Below, piece by piece: positions 17,277 through 27,557 of a stretch of 32,000 nt of DNA. The position numbers and the translations under genes were made by a program. This DNA is from Thermococcus kodakarensis KOD1 (GTDB taxonomy: Archaea > Methanobacteriota_B > Thermococci > Thermococcales > Thermococcaceae): assembly GCF_000009965.1 (NCBI RefSeq), contig NC_006624.1, positions 570,001 through 602,000 of the forward strand, in the 5' to 3' direction. The notes beneath the pieces were generated by a model. The model searched no databases. It was not told where the DNA came from and saw only the letters and a list, made by a program, of their open reading frames with translations. How positions within the stretch are numbered: position 1 is the first letter of the stretch; every line of letters begins with the position of its first letter.

Positions 17277-18224
17277 ATGAGATGGGTTCAAGAAAGAATT
17301 AGACAGACAATAAATAGGTGGAAAAAAGAGCCTTCTAATGATATGGGTTTGTTGGTTACTCTTATAACTTCAATTATATTACTGTTCGTTCAAGTGATAA
17401 TTGACGAAAATTTCCAAAAATCTTTATTTGTGTATAACCTCTTGTCAATGTATATGATCCTCACCATGATATTTCTGATTATTGCGTGGTTCTTGATCAG
17501 TGATTCTGCAATACTTGAGACTGCTAGGGATGTAAGTTTTGTGTTGATGATTCTCTTATTAACAATCACGTTGATCTCTGGAATAGTTATAATCCCCGAT
17601 AATGAAAAAACCCCTGGATTTTCCCCAAATGAGCTCTCAACTAGTAGTTCTCTAGGCACAAATAATCTTAACATCAGGATATTGGTATTTTCTTTGATTG
17701 GGATTGAATTGGCAGTATTAACTATACTTTGGTATGCTTCCTTTGAGAGTCTCAGCAGACCTATCAAGCTTCCCAATCTTACACTCAAAACACAACGTAT
17801 AGGGTTTGTATCGGGATTCTTTCTTAGTTTAGTGATATTTGGGTTTGGATTAGTAGACTCAGAATGGGGCAAAATTGTAAACCTTATTTTAACAGTGCTC
17901 TTAATGGTGTTTGTTCTTTTGGGATTAGTTTTTGTCTGGAAGCTCACTAAAATTAAATCCACTTTTTCTGAACTCCTTCTCATTGCTGTCTCTGGTGGAG
18001 TTGTTGGTATATTGAGCATATTGGTTGGCAAGGCTTTAAATAACCTTTATACAAATACAAGTTCAGAACAAAAACTGGCCCATGAATTTTTTGTATTTTC
18101 TCTGTTCTCTATTATATATCTTGCTTTTTTCCGCCATTACCTCTACCTAAACGCTCAAAAGCACAAACAGCAAAAACGTGAACAAAGACTAAAACGGGAG
18201 CTACTAAGACGCTATCACAATTAA
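17277..18224 (+). CDS. hypothetical polytopic membrane protein (~8 TM) with a basic C-terminal tail
   Basis: ORF 17268..18224; the first ATG is at 17277. Very AT-rich (17/60 G+C at 17401-17460). Hydrophobic segments alternate with short loops. Tail is KHKQQKREQRLKRELLRRYHN. No family recognised. Confidence 0.55.
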   Translation: MRWVQERIRQTINRWKKEPSNDMGLLVTLITSIILLFVQVIIDENFQKSLFVYNLLSMYMILTMIFLIIAWFLISDSAILETARDVSFVLMILLLTITLISGIVIIPDNEKTPGFSPNELSTSSSLGTNNLNIRILVFSLIGIELAVLTILWYASFESLSRPIKLPNLTLKTQRIGFVSGFFLSLVIFGFGLVDSEWGKIVNLILTVLLMVFVLLGLVFVWKLTKIKSTFSELLLIAVSGGVVGILSILVGKALNNLYTNTSSEQKLAHEFFVFSLFSIIYLAFFRHYLYLNAQKHKQQKREQRLKRELLRRYHN

Positions 18225-18226
18225 TC

Positions 18227-19957
18227 TCAGCTCTCCCTGAACTTCCTCAGAACCCTCTCGTATATCTCTTTTTCCGCCCCTCTGGCCTTTCTCGCGAGCC
18301 TCTCGACGATCAGCTCGGGCGTGCTCCTTCCGAGCCTTCCAAAGACAGGCTGTCTGTCCACTATGAGGTTCAGGTTTTCGTCAAGGCCCTTGGCCTCGAT
18401 CCCGTCAACCCTCGCGAAGGGCAGTTCTTTCTTGAGGTCTTCGCCCAGGTGGGAGACTATAACCACGTGGAAGCCCTTCTCGTGGGCAACCTTCAACAGC
18501 TCGCCGATTATCTTGACAGCAGCTCCAGGCTCGGTGATTGCTTCAAACTCGTCTATGAGGATAAGTTTGTTTCCTTTCCCACGGAGAGACCTCACAAACG
18601 ACCTGAGGGCAGTCTCGAAGGCACCGGCGCCGTAGACGCTCCTCTTCCGCCTGAAGAAGAACAGCTCGTCGAGGACTCCAACGCGGGCCCTCTCGGCAGG
18701 AACAGGAAAGCCCATGTGGGCGAGAATGGAAACCTGGGTTATCAGCTCGAGCAGGCTCGTCTTTCCACCGCTGTTGGCTCCTGTTAGGATAACGACGTTC
18801 TCTCCCCTCACGTTCTCCGCACCGGGGACGTCGAACCACTCTGGCTTTTCCCCGACGACGTAGCTAACCGGCTGCGGGTTCTCTATGAAGAGGTGCCGCC
18901 CGTTCAGGAAGGCTATCCCGCTTTCGGCTATCTCTGGAAAAGTGAAGCCCTCCGTGAATGCCTTCACCGCCTGAAGAAAGTCGAGCTCCCTGATTTTTGA
19001 AAGCTCCTCTCTGAGCTTTGGAAGGAGCGGTCTGACCTTCTCAGCTATCTCCCTCGCCTTCATGTAAACTTCAACCTTCAGCTCCCGCTCAAGCTCGGTT
19101 CTCAGGCCCTCAACGACCTCTGGCGGGATTCTCACTGGATAAAGCTCCTCGCGCGAGAAAAGCTCCACGTGAAGGCCCAGAACCTTTGAAAGCTCGCTCT
19201 CGGCCTCGTTTATCATGTCGAGGATTTCCCCTTCAATTTCACGGAAGTGGGAGAAAATGGCCTCGTAGTTGCCCTCCCTCAGCTCGTTCAGGAACTTCAC
19301 GAGGTCTCTGCCGGTGAGAGTGAGGCTGAACTTCTCAAGCTTCTCCTCTATTCTCTCGTTCAGCTCCCTCTCCTTCTCGGCTATGAGCTCATCCAGAGAC
19401 CCCAGAAGCTTTTCCTTCTCAACGACCTCCCCGAAGGGTGACAGGTGTTCGAGAATCTCGCCGGCAACGCTGCCCTCGCCGGTCAGCTTCCCTATCTCCT
19501 CAAGGGCTTTGAGCGTCTCCCTGTTCTCCCAGAGCGGGAGAACGTAGAGCTCTGGAGCGACCTGCGATGGCAGTAGCTCGACGTCGATGCCGTAGCCGAT
19601 CGTACTCAGGACGAGCGGGTAGCCTTCAGCCTCTTCCGGGTTCGTCGTCACATCGCAGAGGCCGAGCTTTATGGCCGTTTCCACTTCGGATTCGTCAACG
19701 ATGAGAACCCTGTCGTGCAGGTAGTCTCGGGTGAATCGTATGAACCTGACCCTCTTTATTAACTCCTTAAGCCCCGGTTTAACTCTCCTGAGGGCCTCTC
19801 TCAGGTATTCCTGCCTCTTCAATATCTCCCCGCGGTCGTTAGTTGGAGAAAAGTTCTCAAGGTAGTCGGAGCTCTCTTTGAGGACTAACCTGGACTTGAT
19901 TTGAGAGGTTATATCCCTGTAAACTGCCCTGGCTTCCGGGTTGAGCTTCAGCGCCAT
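18227..19957 (-). CDS. MutS-related ATPase (archaeal MutS5 / MutS2-like, domain V only, no Smr domain)
   Basis: Walker A LTGANSGGKTSLLE and Walker B LILIDEFEAITEP. TATA TTTTATAA (19982-19989, minus strand) is only ~9 nt from the ORF-track ATG (19975) but ~26 nt from ATG 19957, so a leaderless start at 19957 is preferred. Confidence 0.8.
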   Translation of the reverse strand: MALKLNPEARAVYRDITSQIKSRLVLKESSDYLENFSPTNDRGEILKRQEYLREALRRVKPGLKELIKRVRFIRFTRDYLHDRVLIVDESEVETAIKLGLCDVTTNPEEAEGYPLVLSTIGYGIDVELLPSQVAPELYVLPLWENRETLKALEEIGKLTGEGSVAGEILEHLSPFGEVVEKEKLLGSLDELIAEKERELNERIEEKLEKFSLTLTGRDLVKFLNELREGNYEAIFSHFREIEGEILDMINEAESELSKVLGLHVELFSREELYPVRIPPEVVEGLRTELERELKVEVYMKAREIAEKVRPLLPKLREELSKIRELDFLQAVKAFTEGFTFPEIAESGIAFLNGRHLFIENPQPVSYVVGEKPEWFDVPGAENVRGENVVILTGANSGGKTSLLELITQVSILAHMGFPVPAERARVGVLDELFFFRRKRSVYGAGAFETALRSFVRSLRGKGNKLILIDEFEAITEPGAAVKIIGELLKVAHEKGFHVVIVSHLGEDLKKELPFARVDGIEAKGLDENLNLIVDRQPVFGRLGRSTPELIVERLARKARGAEKEIYERVLRKFRES

Positions 19958-20035
19958 ACCGAAGAAGGTGAGCATCAGTCCTTATAAAACTGACCTGGCC
20001 GGTCGGATGGTCAATGTAAGAAAGGGGCAAAGGGT

Positions 20036-21037
20036 TCAGAAGCCGGGTTTTCTAACCTTCACGACTTCCTTATTCACGAGGGTCGGAGGTACTTCACCGT
20101 TCTTGAACGCTATGAGGTTCCTCGCGACCAGCTCTGCCATGCCCTCCCTCGCCCCGTAGGTCGCGCTCCCTATGTGCGGCGCTAGAACGACGTTCTTCAG
20201 GCTGAACAGCTCCTCGTTGTAGTACGGCTCTTCCTCGTAGACGTCGAGACCGGCCCCTGCAATCCAGCCCTCTTTCAGGGCCTTCATGAGGGCTTTTGTA
20301 TCCACGACCTTGCCTCGTGCTATGTTCACCAGTATGGCAGTCTTCTTCATGAGCCTCAGCCTTTCCTCGTTTATCATGTACTGGGTTTCCTTAGTCAGCG
20401 GCACCGCCAGGACAACGAAGTCGCTCTCCCTCAACAGGTCCTCAAGCGACCTGAATTCAGCCCCAAGCTCCTTTTCAGCCTCTGGCTTCCTGCTCCTGGA
20501 GTAGTATAGGATTCTCATGCCAAACCCCCTTGCGCGCCTGGCAACTGCCTGTCCTATCCTTCCGAAGCCGACTATTCCGATCGTCTTCCCGTAAACGTCG
20601 TAGCCGAGGAACCAGCGCGGATGCCAGGCGATTCCTCTCCTCTTCCACTCTCCGGAGCGGGTGAAGTGGTCGGCCTCTATCAGCCTCCTGGCCGTTGCTA
20701 GAAGGAGCGTCCAGGCAAAGTCAGCAGTGGCGTCGGTCAGGACGTCGGGCGTGTTGGTGACGTAGATGCCCCTCCTCGTGGCCTCTTCGACGTCTATGTT
20801 GTCGTAGCCGACTGCGTAATTTGCCACTATCCTCAGCCTCGGAGCGGCGTCGAAGACCTCACTGTCAATCCTCTCGCTCAGCATTGTTACTAGAGCATCG
20901 ACGTCCCTGACCTTCTTGAGTAGAACCTCCCTGGGTATCTCGCGCTCTTCGGGCCATACCTCAACCTCAAAGTGCTCCTTCAGCATCTCGATGCCGTTCT
21001 CGGGAATGGCACGGGTTATGAAAACCTTAGGCCTCAT
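20036..21037 (-). CDS. gyaR: glyoxylate reductase / D-2-hydroxyacid dehydrogenase
   Basis: N-terminus [28 protein letters not shown] and the NAD motif [15 protein letters not shown] match Thermococcales glyoxylate reductases. SD GGTGGTGGA immediately precedes ATG 21037; the ORF-track GTG 21046 lies inside the SD. Confidence 0.92.
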   Translation of the reverse strand: MRPKVFITRAIPENGIEMLKEHFEVEVWPEEREIPREVLLKKVRDVDALVTMLSERIDSEVFDAAPRLRIVANYAVGYDNIDVEEATRRGIYVTNTPDVLTDATADFAWTLLLATARRLIEADHFTRSGEWKRRGIAWHPRWFLGYDVYGKTIGIVGFGRIGQAVARRARGFGMRILYYSRSRKPEAEKELGAEFRSLEDLLRESDFVVLAVPLTKETQYMINEERLRLMKKTAILVNIARGKVVDTKALMKALKEGWIAGAGLDVYEEEPYYNEELFSLKNVVLAPHIGSATYGAREGMAELVARNLIAFKNGEVPPTLVNKEVVKVRKPGF

Positions 21038-21084
21038 GTCCACCACCGTTTAACAGTTTGAAAAAGGGAATAAAAACGAAGCGC

Positions 21085-22212
21085 TCACTTTCTGTGTTTT
21101 ATCCTGTATGCCAGCCACATGAGGATTGGGAGCACTATGAAGGCTATCATGTCACCCGTGTCCCCCGCGAGGGCAAGAACATCGGCGAAGTTCCTGACAC
21201 CTGCGAAGTAGACGATGGCCGGGGGTATTACAGTCAGAGCCCACGCAACGGGTCTCTTGAGCTTAACAAACTCCTCGTTGTTGCTCTGCTGGGCCAGCGC
21301 GATGCCGATGTAGCTGGTCGTTATGGCAAGGAGCGGTATCAGGTTTCCAATGAGCCACCCCAGCTTTCCGTAGAGGAGTTCCAGCCCCTGGGTCGCCATC
21401 TGTGGTGTATCCCTTCCGAAGACGAGCAGGAAGGTTGCCATGAATATCGCGTAGATGACCGTCGGGATTATGAAGGCCCACACCACTACCTTTTTGGTCT
21501 CCTCGTAGCTTCCAAGTCCCTTGTAAACGTCGGGAATGACCGTGTGGCAGCCGAGGGCGAAGATTGCAACACCAGTAATGCTCCAAAGGCCCGAGAGGTC
21601 AACGTAGAGACCCTTCTCAAGCTCTGCATGGGGCAGTATCATTGCCGTGACCGCTATGAAGAGGAAGAGCATGACGAAGCTCATGGCCAGTTCGGTCTTT
21701 CCGCTCGCCTCAAGGCCTTTGTAGACGACTATTGAGGCCAGAACCCAGAATACCGCCGCTCCCACCGTATCGCTCACTCCAAACAGGCTCGAAATTACGT
21801 TCCCCATACCCACTATGTAGGCAAGCACCGCACCGAAGCTCATTAGGGATATGCTGAGGTACATGAGCCAGCCGCCGGCCCTTCCGAGGATCCTCTGGGC
21901 CGCTGTGCTCATCTGCGCCCCGCCCATCTCGGCGGAGAACCTCAGGACGATCATAGCCGTCCAGAGCATCAGGAACATGACTCCAATTAGGACTCCGAGG
22001 GCAGGTATGAGGCCGACCTTGCTGGCGGCGTAGGGCAGTCCTAGGACTCCAGCCCCTATCTGCGTTCCAACGAGTATTGCCAGCGCTTCTCCCTTCGTTA
22101 TGTGGGCTTTCTCAACCCTTATCGGGCTCGTTCTAAGTCCGTGGGTTCCCTTTTTCCTTCTGAGGCCCTGAATGAGCATGACCTTCTTCCTGCGCTGTGC
22201 GGCTATCCTCAT
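21085..22212 (-). CDS. amino acid permease (Aa_trans/aromatic amino acid permease-like, ~11 TM)
   Basis: Contains [26 protein letters not shown] and a polytopic hydrophobic profile. The start is uncertain (ATG 22212 or 22179). The ORF-track start at 22308 lies inside a TATA-like TTATATAAA box. Confidence 0.75.
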   Translation of the reverse strand: MRIAAQRRKKVMLIQGLRRKKGTHGLRTSPIRVEKAHITKGEALAILVGTQIGAGVLGLPYAASKVGLIPALGVLIGVMFLMLWTAMIVLRFSAEMGGAQMSTAAQRILGRAGGWLMYLSISLMSFGAVLAYIVGMGNVISSLFGVSDTVGAAVFWVLASIVVYKGLEASGKTELAMSFVMLFLFIAVTAMILPHAELEKGLYVDLSGLWSITGVAIFALGCHTVIPDVYKGLGSYEETKKVVVWAFIIPTVIYAIFMATFLLVFGRDTPQMATQGLELLYGKLGWLIGNLIPLLAITTSYIGIALAQQSNNEEFVKLKRPVAWALTVIPPAIVYFAGVRNFADVLALAGDTGDMIAFIVLPILMWLAYRIKHRK

Positions 22213-22394
22213 TGAATAATAGCGCCCGCTTGAAGTGGGAACCTTCTTTCTCTCAATACCGTCTGAAATCGGCAACCTCTCACCTCCAGGATGAACGGAT
22301 GGATACATTATATAAAGCCACGCTCGGAATGGTGAAATCTCTTTCTAATATAATTCGACACGGCCATGAATACATCGGCTCCCTTGAGAGGAAC

Positions 22395-22403
22395 TTTTTA
22401 AAA
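22395..22403 (+). promoter_or_regulatory. TATA box TTTTTAAAA for a leaderless Sir2 transcript
   Basis: Centred about 26 nt upstream of ATG 22425, with no SD in between. Confidence 0.5.
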
Positions 22404-22424
22404 GGTCGAATCCAACACTCGACC

Positions 22425-23198
22425 ATGCTGGGACACGCGGCCAAGCTCCTTGCAAGGGCGAGGTTTGCCATAGCATTTACGGGAGCTGGTATCAGCGCTG
22501 AAAGCGGCATTCCCACGTTCCGCGGCAGGAACGGCCTCTGGAAGACGTATCGGGCTGAAGAACTCGCCACACCTGAGGCTTTTAAGAGGGATCCGCACCT
22601 CGTCTGGGAGTTCTACAAATGGAGAATGAGAAAGATTCTGAAGGCGGAGCCAAACCCCGCCCATAAGGCCCTTGCAGAGCTTGAAAATATGGGCGTTCTC
22701 AAAGCGGTGATAACTCAGAACGTTGACGACCTACACAGGGAAGCCGGGAGCAGAAAGGTAGTCGAGCTACACGGCAACATCTTCCGCGTCAGGTGTGTTT
22801 CATGCTCCTATCGGGAGAACCTCAAAGAGAGCGGCAGGGTCTTCGAGTTCGTCCGCGAAAAAGAGCTGCCCAAATGTCCCAAGTGCGGCTCCCTCTTAAG
22901 GCCCGATGTCGTGTGGTTCGGCGAGCCTCTGCCGAGGGAAGCGCTTGAGGAGGCTTTCTCCCTGGCGGAGCGTGCCGACGTCGTTCTCGTGGTAGGGACG
23001 AGCGGCGTCGTTTATCCCGCGGCGTACGTTCCCTACATCGTGAAGGAGCGCGGTGGGAAGGTCATCGAGGTCAACGTTGAAAGGAGCGGGATAACCCCAA
23101 TAGCGGATGTTTTCATCAGGGGAAAGGCCGGCGAGGTCATGCCCGAGCTCCTGAGGCGGGTCAAGGATATTATGGCAGAGAGGAATCACTACGGTTAA
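22425..23198 (+). CDS. cobB: NAD-dependent protein deacylase, Sir2/CobB family
   Basis: [30 protein letters not shown], and a Zn ribbon CVSC...CPKCG. 257 aa from ATG 22425. The upstream 76 codons of the track ORF look non-coding and contain promoter elements. Confidence 0.93.
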   Translation: MLGHAAKLLARARFAIAFTGAGISAESGIPTFRGRNGLWKTYRAEELATPEAFKRDPHLVWEFYKWRMRKILKAEPNPAHKALAELENMGVLKAVITQNVDDLHREAGSRKVVELHGNIFRVRCVSCSYRENLKESGRVFEFVREKELPKCPKCGSLLRPDVVWFGEPLPREALEEAFSLAERADVVLVVGTSGVVYPAAYVPYIVKERGGKVIEVNVERSGITPIADVFIRGKAGEVMPELLRRVKDIMAERNHYG

Positions 23199-23235
23199 AT
23201 ACCCGTGTCCCGTAGAGAACGTGAGGGGAGCGGTT

Positions 23236-23964
23236 ATGATCAAGGCTGTCCTCTTTGATCTTGACGATACCCTTGTGGATACAACAAAACTCGCCGAGCT
23301 CGCGAGAAGGAACGCCGTTGAGAACATGGTGAGGCACGGGCTTCCCGTTGATTTTGATACCGCTTACAACGAGCTCCTTGAGCTTATAAACGAGTACGGG
23401 AGCAACTTCGGCAGGCACTTTGACTACCTGCTTAGAAGGCTCGACCTTCCCCAGAACCCGAAGTGGATAGCTGCAGGCGTGATAGCCTATCACAACACTA
23501 AGTTTGCCTACCTAAGGAGCGTGAAGAACGCCAGGAGGGTTCTGCTCGAGCTTAAACGTGAGGGCTATAAGGTGGCGGTCGTGACCGATGGAGACCCGAT
23601 AAAACAGTGGGAGAAGATACTCCGGCTTGAGCTGGATGAGTACTTCGACGATGTCTTCATCTCCGACTACCTCGGGGTTAAGAAACCCCACCCGAAGATA
23701 TTCCTGAAGGCCCTCAGAAAGCTCGATGTAAAGCCTGAAGAAGCCGTTATGGTTGGAGACCGTCTCTACTCGGACATTTACGGTGCCAAAAACGTCGGGA
23801 TGACGACTGTATGGTTCAGGTACGGTAAATACAGAGACAGGGAGATGGAGTACGTCGAGTACGCCGATTTCACAATCGAGAGGCTTGAAGATCTGCTCAA
23901 GATAATCAGGGGGTTAAACAATGAGGAGAAAGCCCGTTCAGATACGGAAGTTCATGCTGATTGA
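23236..23964 (+). CDS. HAD-superfamily hydrolase (subfamily IA)
   Basis: Motif [10 protein letters not shown], motif II VVTDG, motif III KKPHP, motif [21 protein letters not shown] lies before ATG 23236. Confidence 0.88.
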   Translation: MIKAVLFDLDDTLVDTTKLAELARRNAVENMVRHGLPVDFDTAYNELLELINEYGSNFGRHFDYLLRRLDLPQNPKWIAAGVIAYHNTKFAYLRSVKNARRVLLELKREGYKVAVVTDGDPIKQWEKILRLELDEYFDDVFISDYLGVKKPHPKIFLKALRKLDVKPEEAVMVGDRLYSDIYGAKNVGMTTVWFRYGKYRDREMEYVEYADFTIERLEDLLKIIRGLNNEEKARSDTEVHAD

Positions 23965-24502
23965 CTCGGCCTATAAATCCCGCATACTGCGGGGCGATAA
24001 GGTCACCACGATCCGCTACGGCGACTACGAGGCGAAGCCGGGGAGCGAGGTCTACCTGGTCATAACGCCGAGCGACACCGCCGTTGCCAAGGTCAGGATA
24101 ACCAAAGTGGAAAAGAAGAAAGTCAGGGAGCTCACGAACGAAGACGCCAAACTGGACGGTTTTTCGGACGTTAAAGAGCTCCTCCGTGAGCTTTCAAAAA
24201 TATACGGAGAGCTTCACGGTGACGATGAAGTTACCATAATAGGCTTTGAGGTGGTTAAGCGCTTCGAGGACGGAATCCCGCTCAAGTGGCTTAAGGGGTT
24301 AAACTACCGCGAACCTGAGGAGATAGCGCGCCTCTACCTCGAAAACCAGGAAAAGCTGAACCTCAACAGGGAGACTGACTTCATACTGCGCAGGATTTAC
24401 AACGAGGGGCTTGGAAGGGCTGTGAGGACTTTCGGACCGAAGAGGGTTCAGGGGGCGCTCCTGAAGGCCTATCACCAGCTCTACGCAGAGGGCTTGATTT
24501 AG
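23921..24502 (+). CDS. ASCH (PUA-like) domain protein
   Basis: The pattern [27 protein letters not shown]...[26 protein letters not shown] is the typical ASCH beta-barrel pattern. GGGGGT SD precedes ATG 23921, which overlaps the HAD 3' end by 44 nt. ATG 23954 is an alternative start. Confidence 0.65.
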   Translation: MRRKPVQIRKFMLIDSAYKSRILRGDKVTTIRYGDYEAKPGSEVYLVITPSDTAVAKVRITKVEKKKVRELTNEDAKLDGFSDVKELLRELSKIYGELHGDDEVTIIGFEVVKRFEDGIPLKWLKGLNYREPEEIARLYLENQEKLNLNRETDFILRRIYNEGLGRAVRTFGPKRVQGALLKAYHQLYAEGLI

Positions 24503-24515
24503 GTTGGTGGCTGGT

Positions 24516-25172
24516 ATGGAAAATAGAGAATTGCTATTCTACGTACTCAGCGGACTCCTCTTGATGATTTTCTTTCTACAGGTCGCGGGATACATGGATG
24601 AAATAAACACCCGCGTAGATTCTACTCTTCCACATACAAGCAGCTTTCCAATTGTTCTCCTAACGGAAACAGCGGGAATGGCGGCTTTCCTGATTGTAGT
24701 CCTGTTCTTTGCCGCGTTAGATGTTAGGAAAACCGGGCATTTAAGTTATCCTACGGTTAGGTTAGTTCTATCCGGCATCATTACCCTTGGTATAGTTGCC
24801 ATTTTAAAGTCGACGTTTCAAACTCCGAGACCAAACGAGGCTGAGGTCTCGTTGCCTTTCCTCATGGCACTCAAAAACGTTGACTACTTCGCCTTCCCCT
24901 CTGGCCATACCGCGAGGGCCTCAGTTCTCGCTTCCTATCTTCAGGAACGCTCTCCGAGGTATGCCCCGCTCTGGTGGGCCTACGCCGTTGGAATCGCCCT
25001 TACGAGGCTTCTGCTCCACGTCCACTGGCTTGGGGATGTCCTGTTCAGCCTTCTGCTGGGTTCCTGGGCATATCTCCTCGTGGACTTAACCAGAGATTCA
25101 TGGCTTCCAGTATATCAAAAAACCGTTAAACTGCTTGGACTGGAGGTGTTTGACGTTGAACTGGTTCGCTGA
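24516..25172 (+). CDS. PAP2-family membrane phosphatase
   Basis: The three PAP2 motifs are present: KSTFQTPRP (KxxxxxxRP), PSGH, and TRLLLHVHWLGD (SRxxxxxHxxxD-like). SD GGTGG at 24506-24510, then ATG 24516. Confidence 0.85.
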   Translation: MENRELLFYVLSGLLLMIFFLQVAGYMDEINTRVDSTLPHTSSFPIVLLTETAGMAAFLIVVLFFAALDVRKTGHLSYPTVRLVLSGIITLGIVAILKSTFQTPRPNEAEVSLPFLMALKNVDYFAFPSGHTARASVLASYLQERSPRYAPLWWAYAVGIALTRLLLHVHWLGDVLFSLLLGSWAYLLVDLTRDSWLPVYQKTVKLLGLEVFDVELVR

Positions 25173-25617
25173 GGTCTTCCTGCTCTCGCTGATTCCGACT
25201 TTTGAGGGACGCTACGCCATAGTCTACGGCATTGGGAGGGGATACCCCCTATGGGGAACTCTCCTGGCGGCTGCCCTTGGAGTTCTGCTTCTCTCAATTC
25301 TCCTCCCTGCTGTCCTGCCCTTAATAGACAGGCTTATGCTCTGGCTTGAGAGAACTCCATTGAGGAAGCTTGCTCGCCTCTACATCTATTACGTCGAGCG
25401 GGTAAGGAAGAAGGCCCACCCCTACGTTGAGAAGTGGGGTTTCATAGGTCTCACTGTTTTCGTTGCAGTCCCCTTGCCTGGAACAGGTGTGTGGACAGGG
25501 GCCCTAGCGGCTTATCTGTTCGGCATCGAGAAAAAGCGAACAGTTCCGGCCCTTATACTGGGTGGCCTTCTGAGCATGGGGATAACGATTGGGCCTGCAC
25601 TGGGGGTGTTTGGATAA
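25156..25617 (+). CDS. small membrane protein, COG2426 / 'small multidrug export'-like family
   Basis: Contains LIPTFEGRYAIVYGI and four predicted TM segments. GGAGGTG at 25142-25148 favours TTG 25156 over the ORF-track start 25135. It overlaps the PAP2 3' end. Confidence 0.6.
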   Translation: MNWFAEVFLLSLIPTFEGRYAIVYGIGRGYPLWGTLLAAALGVLLLSILLPAVLPLIDRLMLWLERTPLRKLARLYIYYVERVRKKAHPYVEKWGFIGLTVFVAVPLPGTGVWTGALAAYLFGIEKKRTVPALILGGLLSMGITIGPALGVFG

Positions 25618-27557
25618 TGCCGTTCAGCGTCTGCATGAGAGACTGCTACGATACCTGCTCGATATTGAGCGAATTCAAGGATGGAAAACTGTCAGTGAGG
25701 GGAAACCCCGAGCACCTGATAACGGCCGGCTTCCTCTGTCCTAAGGGCGCTCTCCTGCCGAAGTGGTTCCACTCGCCCGACAGGCTGAAGGCTCCCCTGA
25801 TACGCACAGGGGAGAGGGGGAGCGGGGAGTTCAGAGAAGCAAGCTGGGACGAGGCAATAAACTTCGTAGCTAACAAGCTCAAGGAAACGATAGAGGAGTA
25901 TGGAAGCGAGAGCGTTCTCGTCTACCAGTACGCCGGCGACAGGGGCGTTGTAAACTACGCCTTTCCACTGAGACTCTTTCACTACCTCAACACTGCAATG
26001 CTCGACTACGGCATATGCGACCGGGCCGGGCAGGAAGCTTTGAAGGACGTTTACGGAACCGCGATAGGTCTTGACCCTGAAGAGCTGAAGAAGCAGAGGC
26101 TAATAGTTTACTGGGGCGTCAACCCATTCTGGACGAACCTCCACGGCTTCATGCTTGCAAAGCGCTACGGCCTTGAGACTTGGACGGTTGACGTGGTGAG
26201 AACCGAAACCGCCAAGCGCTCCCACAGGTTCTTCCAAATAAGGCCCGAAACCGATGTCCTCTTCGCTCTGGGCGTTGCGAAGCTGATAATCGAGAACGAA
26301 CTCTATGACAGAGACTTTGTGAGGGAGAACGTCTACGGCTTTGAAGAATTCAAGAATTATGTAAAAACGTTATCGCTTGATTATGTAGTTAAAGAGACGG
26401 GGCTCTCACGTGAGGAGATTGAGGACTTTGCCTTCGGTTTCTCCGAGAAGAGGGGAGTAATCCACATGGGCTACGGCTTCCAGCGCTCCCTCTCGGGCGG
26501 TGAAGCTGTAAGGGCGATAGCCATCCTTCCCGCGCTCGTCGGCCACCCCTTTGGCTTCATCTACGACATGAAGACGATAGACAAGTCCTACGCTGAGGGT
26601 GCTTTCCTAAGGACTAAACCCGCCAAAAGGATTGCCCAGGTGAAGCTGGCTGAGTATATCGAGAAGGGCGAGATAAAGTTCCTCTACATCTACAACTCGA
26701 ATCCCCTCGCGAGCCTGCCAAACCAGAGGAGGCTCAGGAAGGCCCTTAAGGAAAGCGACGTTTTTGTGGTTACCCACGACATCTTCCTCACGGACACAGC
26801 CCTATACTCCGATGTTGTTTTACCTGCCAACACGTTTTTCGAGCGGCTTGACATAGCCGACAGCTACTACCACCGCTACGTTGCCCTGAACGAGCCGGTT
26901 GCGAGGCTCTACGGAAAGTCCAACAGTGAGGTTACGAGGCTTCTCGCGAAGGCCCTCGGCATCCAAAACCCCCACCTACACGAGAGCGATGAGGAAGTGA
27001 TAAGAAAAATCCTCGAACTAAACGGCCTGAGCTGGGGGGAGCTGAAGAGAAAGGGTTTCATTAGAGTTCCTGAAAAGCCGCGCAGATGGAAAACGCCGAG
27101 CGGAAAGATAGAGTTCTACTCCCAGCGAGCCGTCGAGCGCGGTCTCTCTCCGTTCCCCGAGTACAGAAAGCGGGAAGGCAAGTATCCGCTGAAGCTCCTA
27201 ACGCCTACCTACCGCATGACGATAACGAGCCAGTACCACAACACCCACGGGATGATTGACCCCAATCTCTACATGAACCCGGCCGACGCGGAGAAGAGGG
27301 GAATAAAGGACGGCGATGATGTTGAGGTCTTCAACGACAGGGGGAGGATAAAGACCACCGTGAAGCTCACAGAGGATCTGCCGAGGGGTGTCGTCCTCCT
27401 CTACAAGGCCTTCTGGGTTAGGCTCCTCGGGTGGAATGCAAACTTCCTTACTACGGACGAGACGGCCGAGGAATACGGGAACGCTTCAGCATACCATTCG
27501 ACGTGGGTGGAAGTGAGAAAAAGAGCTCAGAACTCGAACTCTTCAAACTCCCTCTGA
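25617..27557 (+). CDS. molybdopterin/tungstopterin oxidoreductase catalytic subunit (MopB superfamily, COG0243-like)
   Basis: ATG 25617 overlaps the upstream TAA (ATAATG). N-terminal 4Fe-4S motif CMRDCYDTCS...FLCPKG. The C-terminal beta-barrel block ends YMNPADAEKRGIKDGDDVEVFNDRGRIK. 646 aa. The upstream 61 codons of the track ORF overlap the preceding gene. Confidence 0.88.
   Translation: MPFSVCMRDCYDTCSILSEFKDGKLSVRGNPEHLITAGFLCPKGALLPKWFHSPDRLKAPLIRTGERGSGEFREASWDEAINFVANKLKETIEEYGSESVLVYQYAGDRGVVNYAFPLRLFHYLNTAMLDYGICDRAGQEALKDVYGTAIGLDPEELKKQRLIVYWGVNPFWTNLHGFMLAKRYGLETWTVDVVRTETAKRSHRFFQIRPETDVLFALGVAKLIIENELYDRDFVRENVYGFEEFKNYVKTLSLDYVVKETGLSREEIEDFAFGFSEKRGVIHMGYGFQRSLSGGEAVRAIAILPALVGHPFGFIYDMKTIDKSYAEGAFLRTKPAKRIAQVKLAEYIEKGEIKFLYIYNSNPLASLPNQRRLRKALKESDVFVVTHDIFLTDTALYSDVVLPANTFFERLDIADSYYHRYVALNEPVARLYGKSNSEVTRLLAKALGIQNPHLHESDEEVIRKILELNGLSWGELKRKGFIRVPEKPRRWKTPSGKIEFYSQRAVERGLSPFPEYRKREGKYPLKLLTPTYRMTITSQYHNTHGMIDPNLYMNPADAEKRGIKDGDDVEVFNDRGRIKTTVKLTEDLPRGVVLLYKAFWVRLLGWNANFLTTDETAEEYGNASAYHSTWVEVRKRAQNSNSSNSL

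Noticed and set aside
19975-19993. 5-bp inverted repeat TCAGT...ACTGA flanking the MutS5-like TATA box
   Set aside because: The arms are too short to distinguish from chance, so it is not pursued.
22197-22424. 76-codon N-terminal extension of the Sir2 ORF
   Set aside because: It overlaps the divergent permease 5' region and contains two TATA-like boxes. Sir2 homologues begin close to the [14 protein letters not shown] motif.
22425-23198. Sir2 domain protein as an anti-phage defence effector (Thoeris/DSR-like)
   Set aside because: It is a stand-alone ~257-aa CobB-type deacylase with a Zn ribbon and normal composition. It has no fused sensor domain and no partner genes, so it is housekeeping.
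25434-25616. 61-codon N-terminal extension of the MopB ORF
   Set aside because: It overlaps the COG2426 membrane-protein gene in another frame. The MopB Fe-S motif begins right after ATG 25617, which is coupled to the upstream stop (ATAATG).
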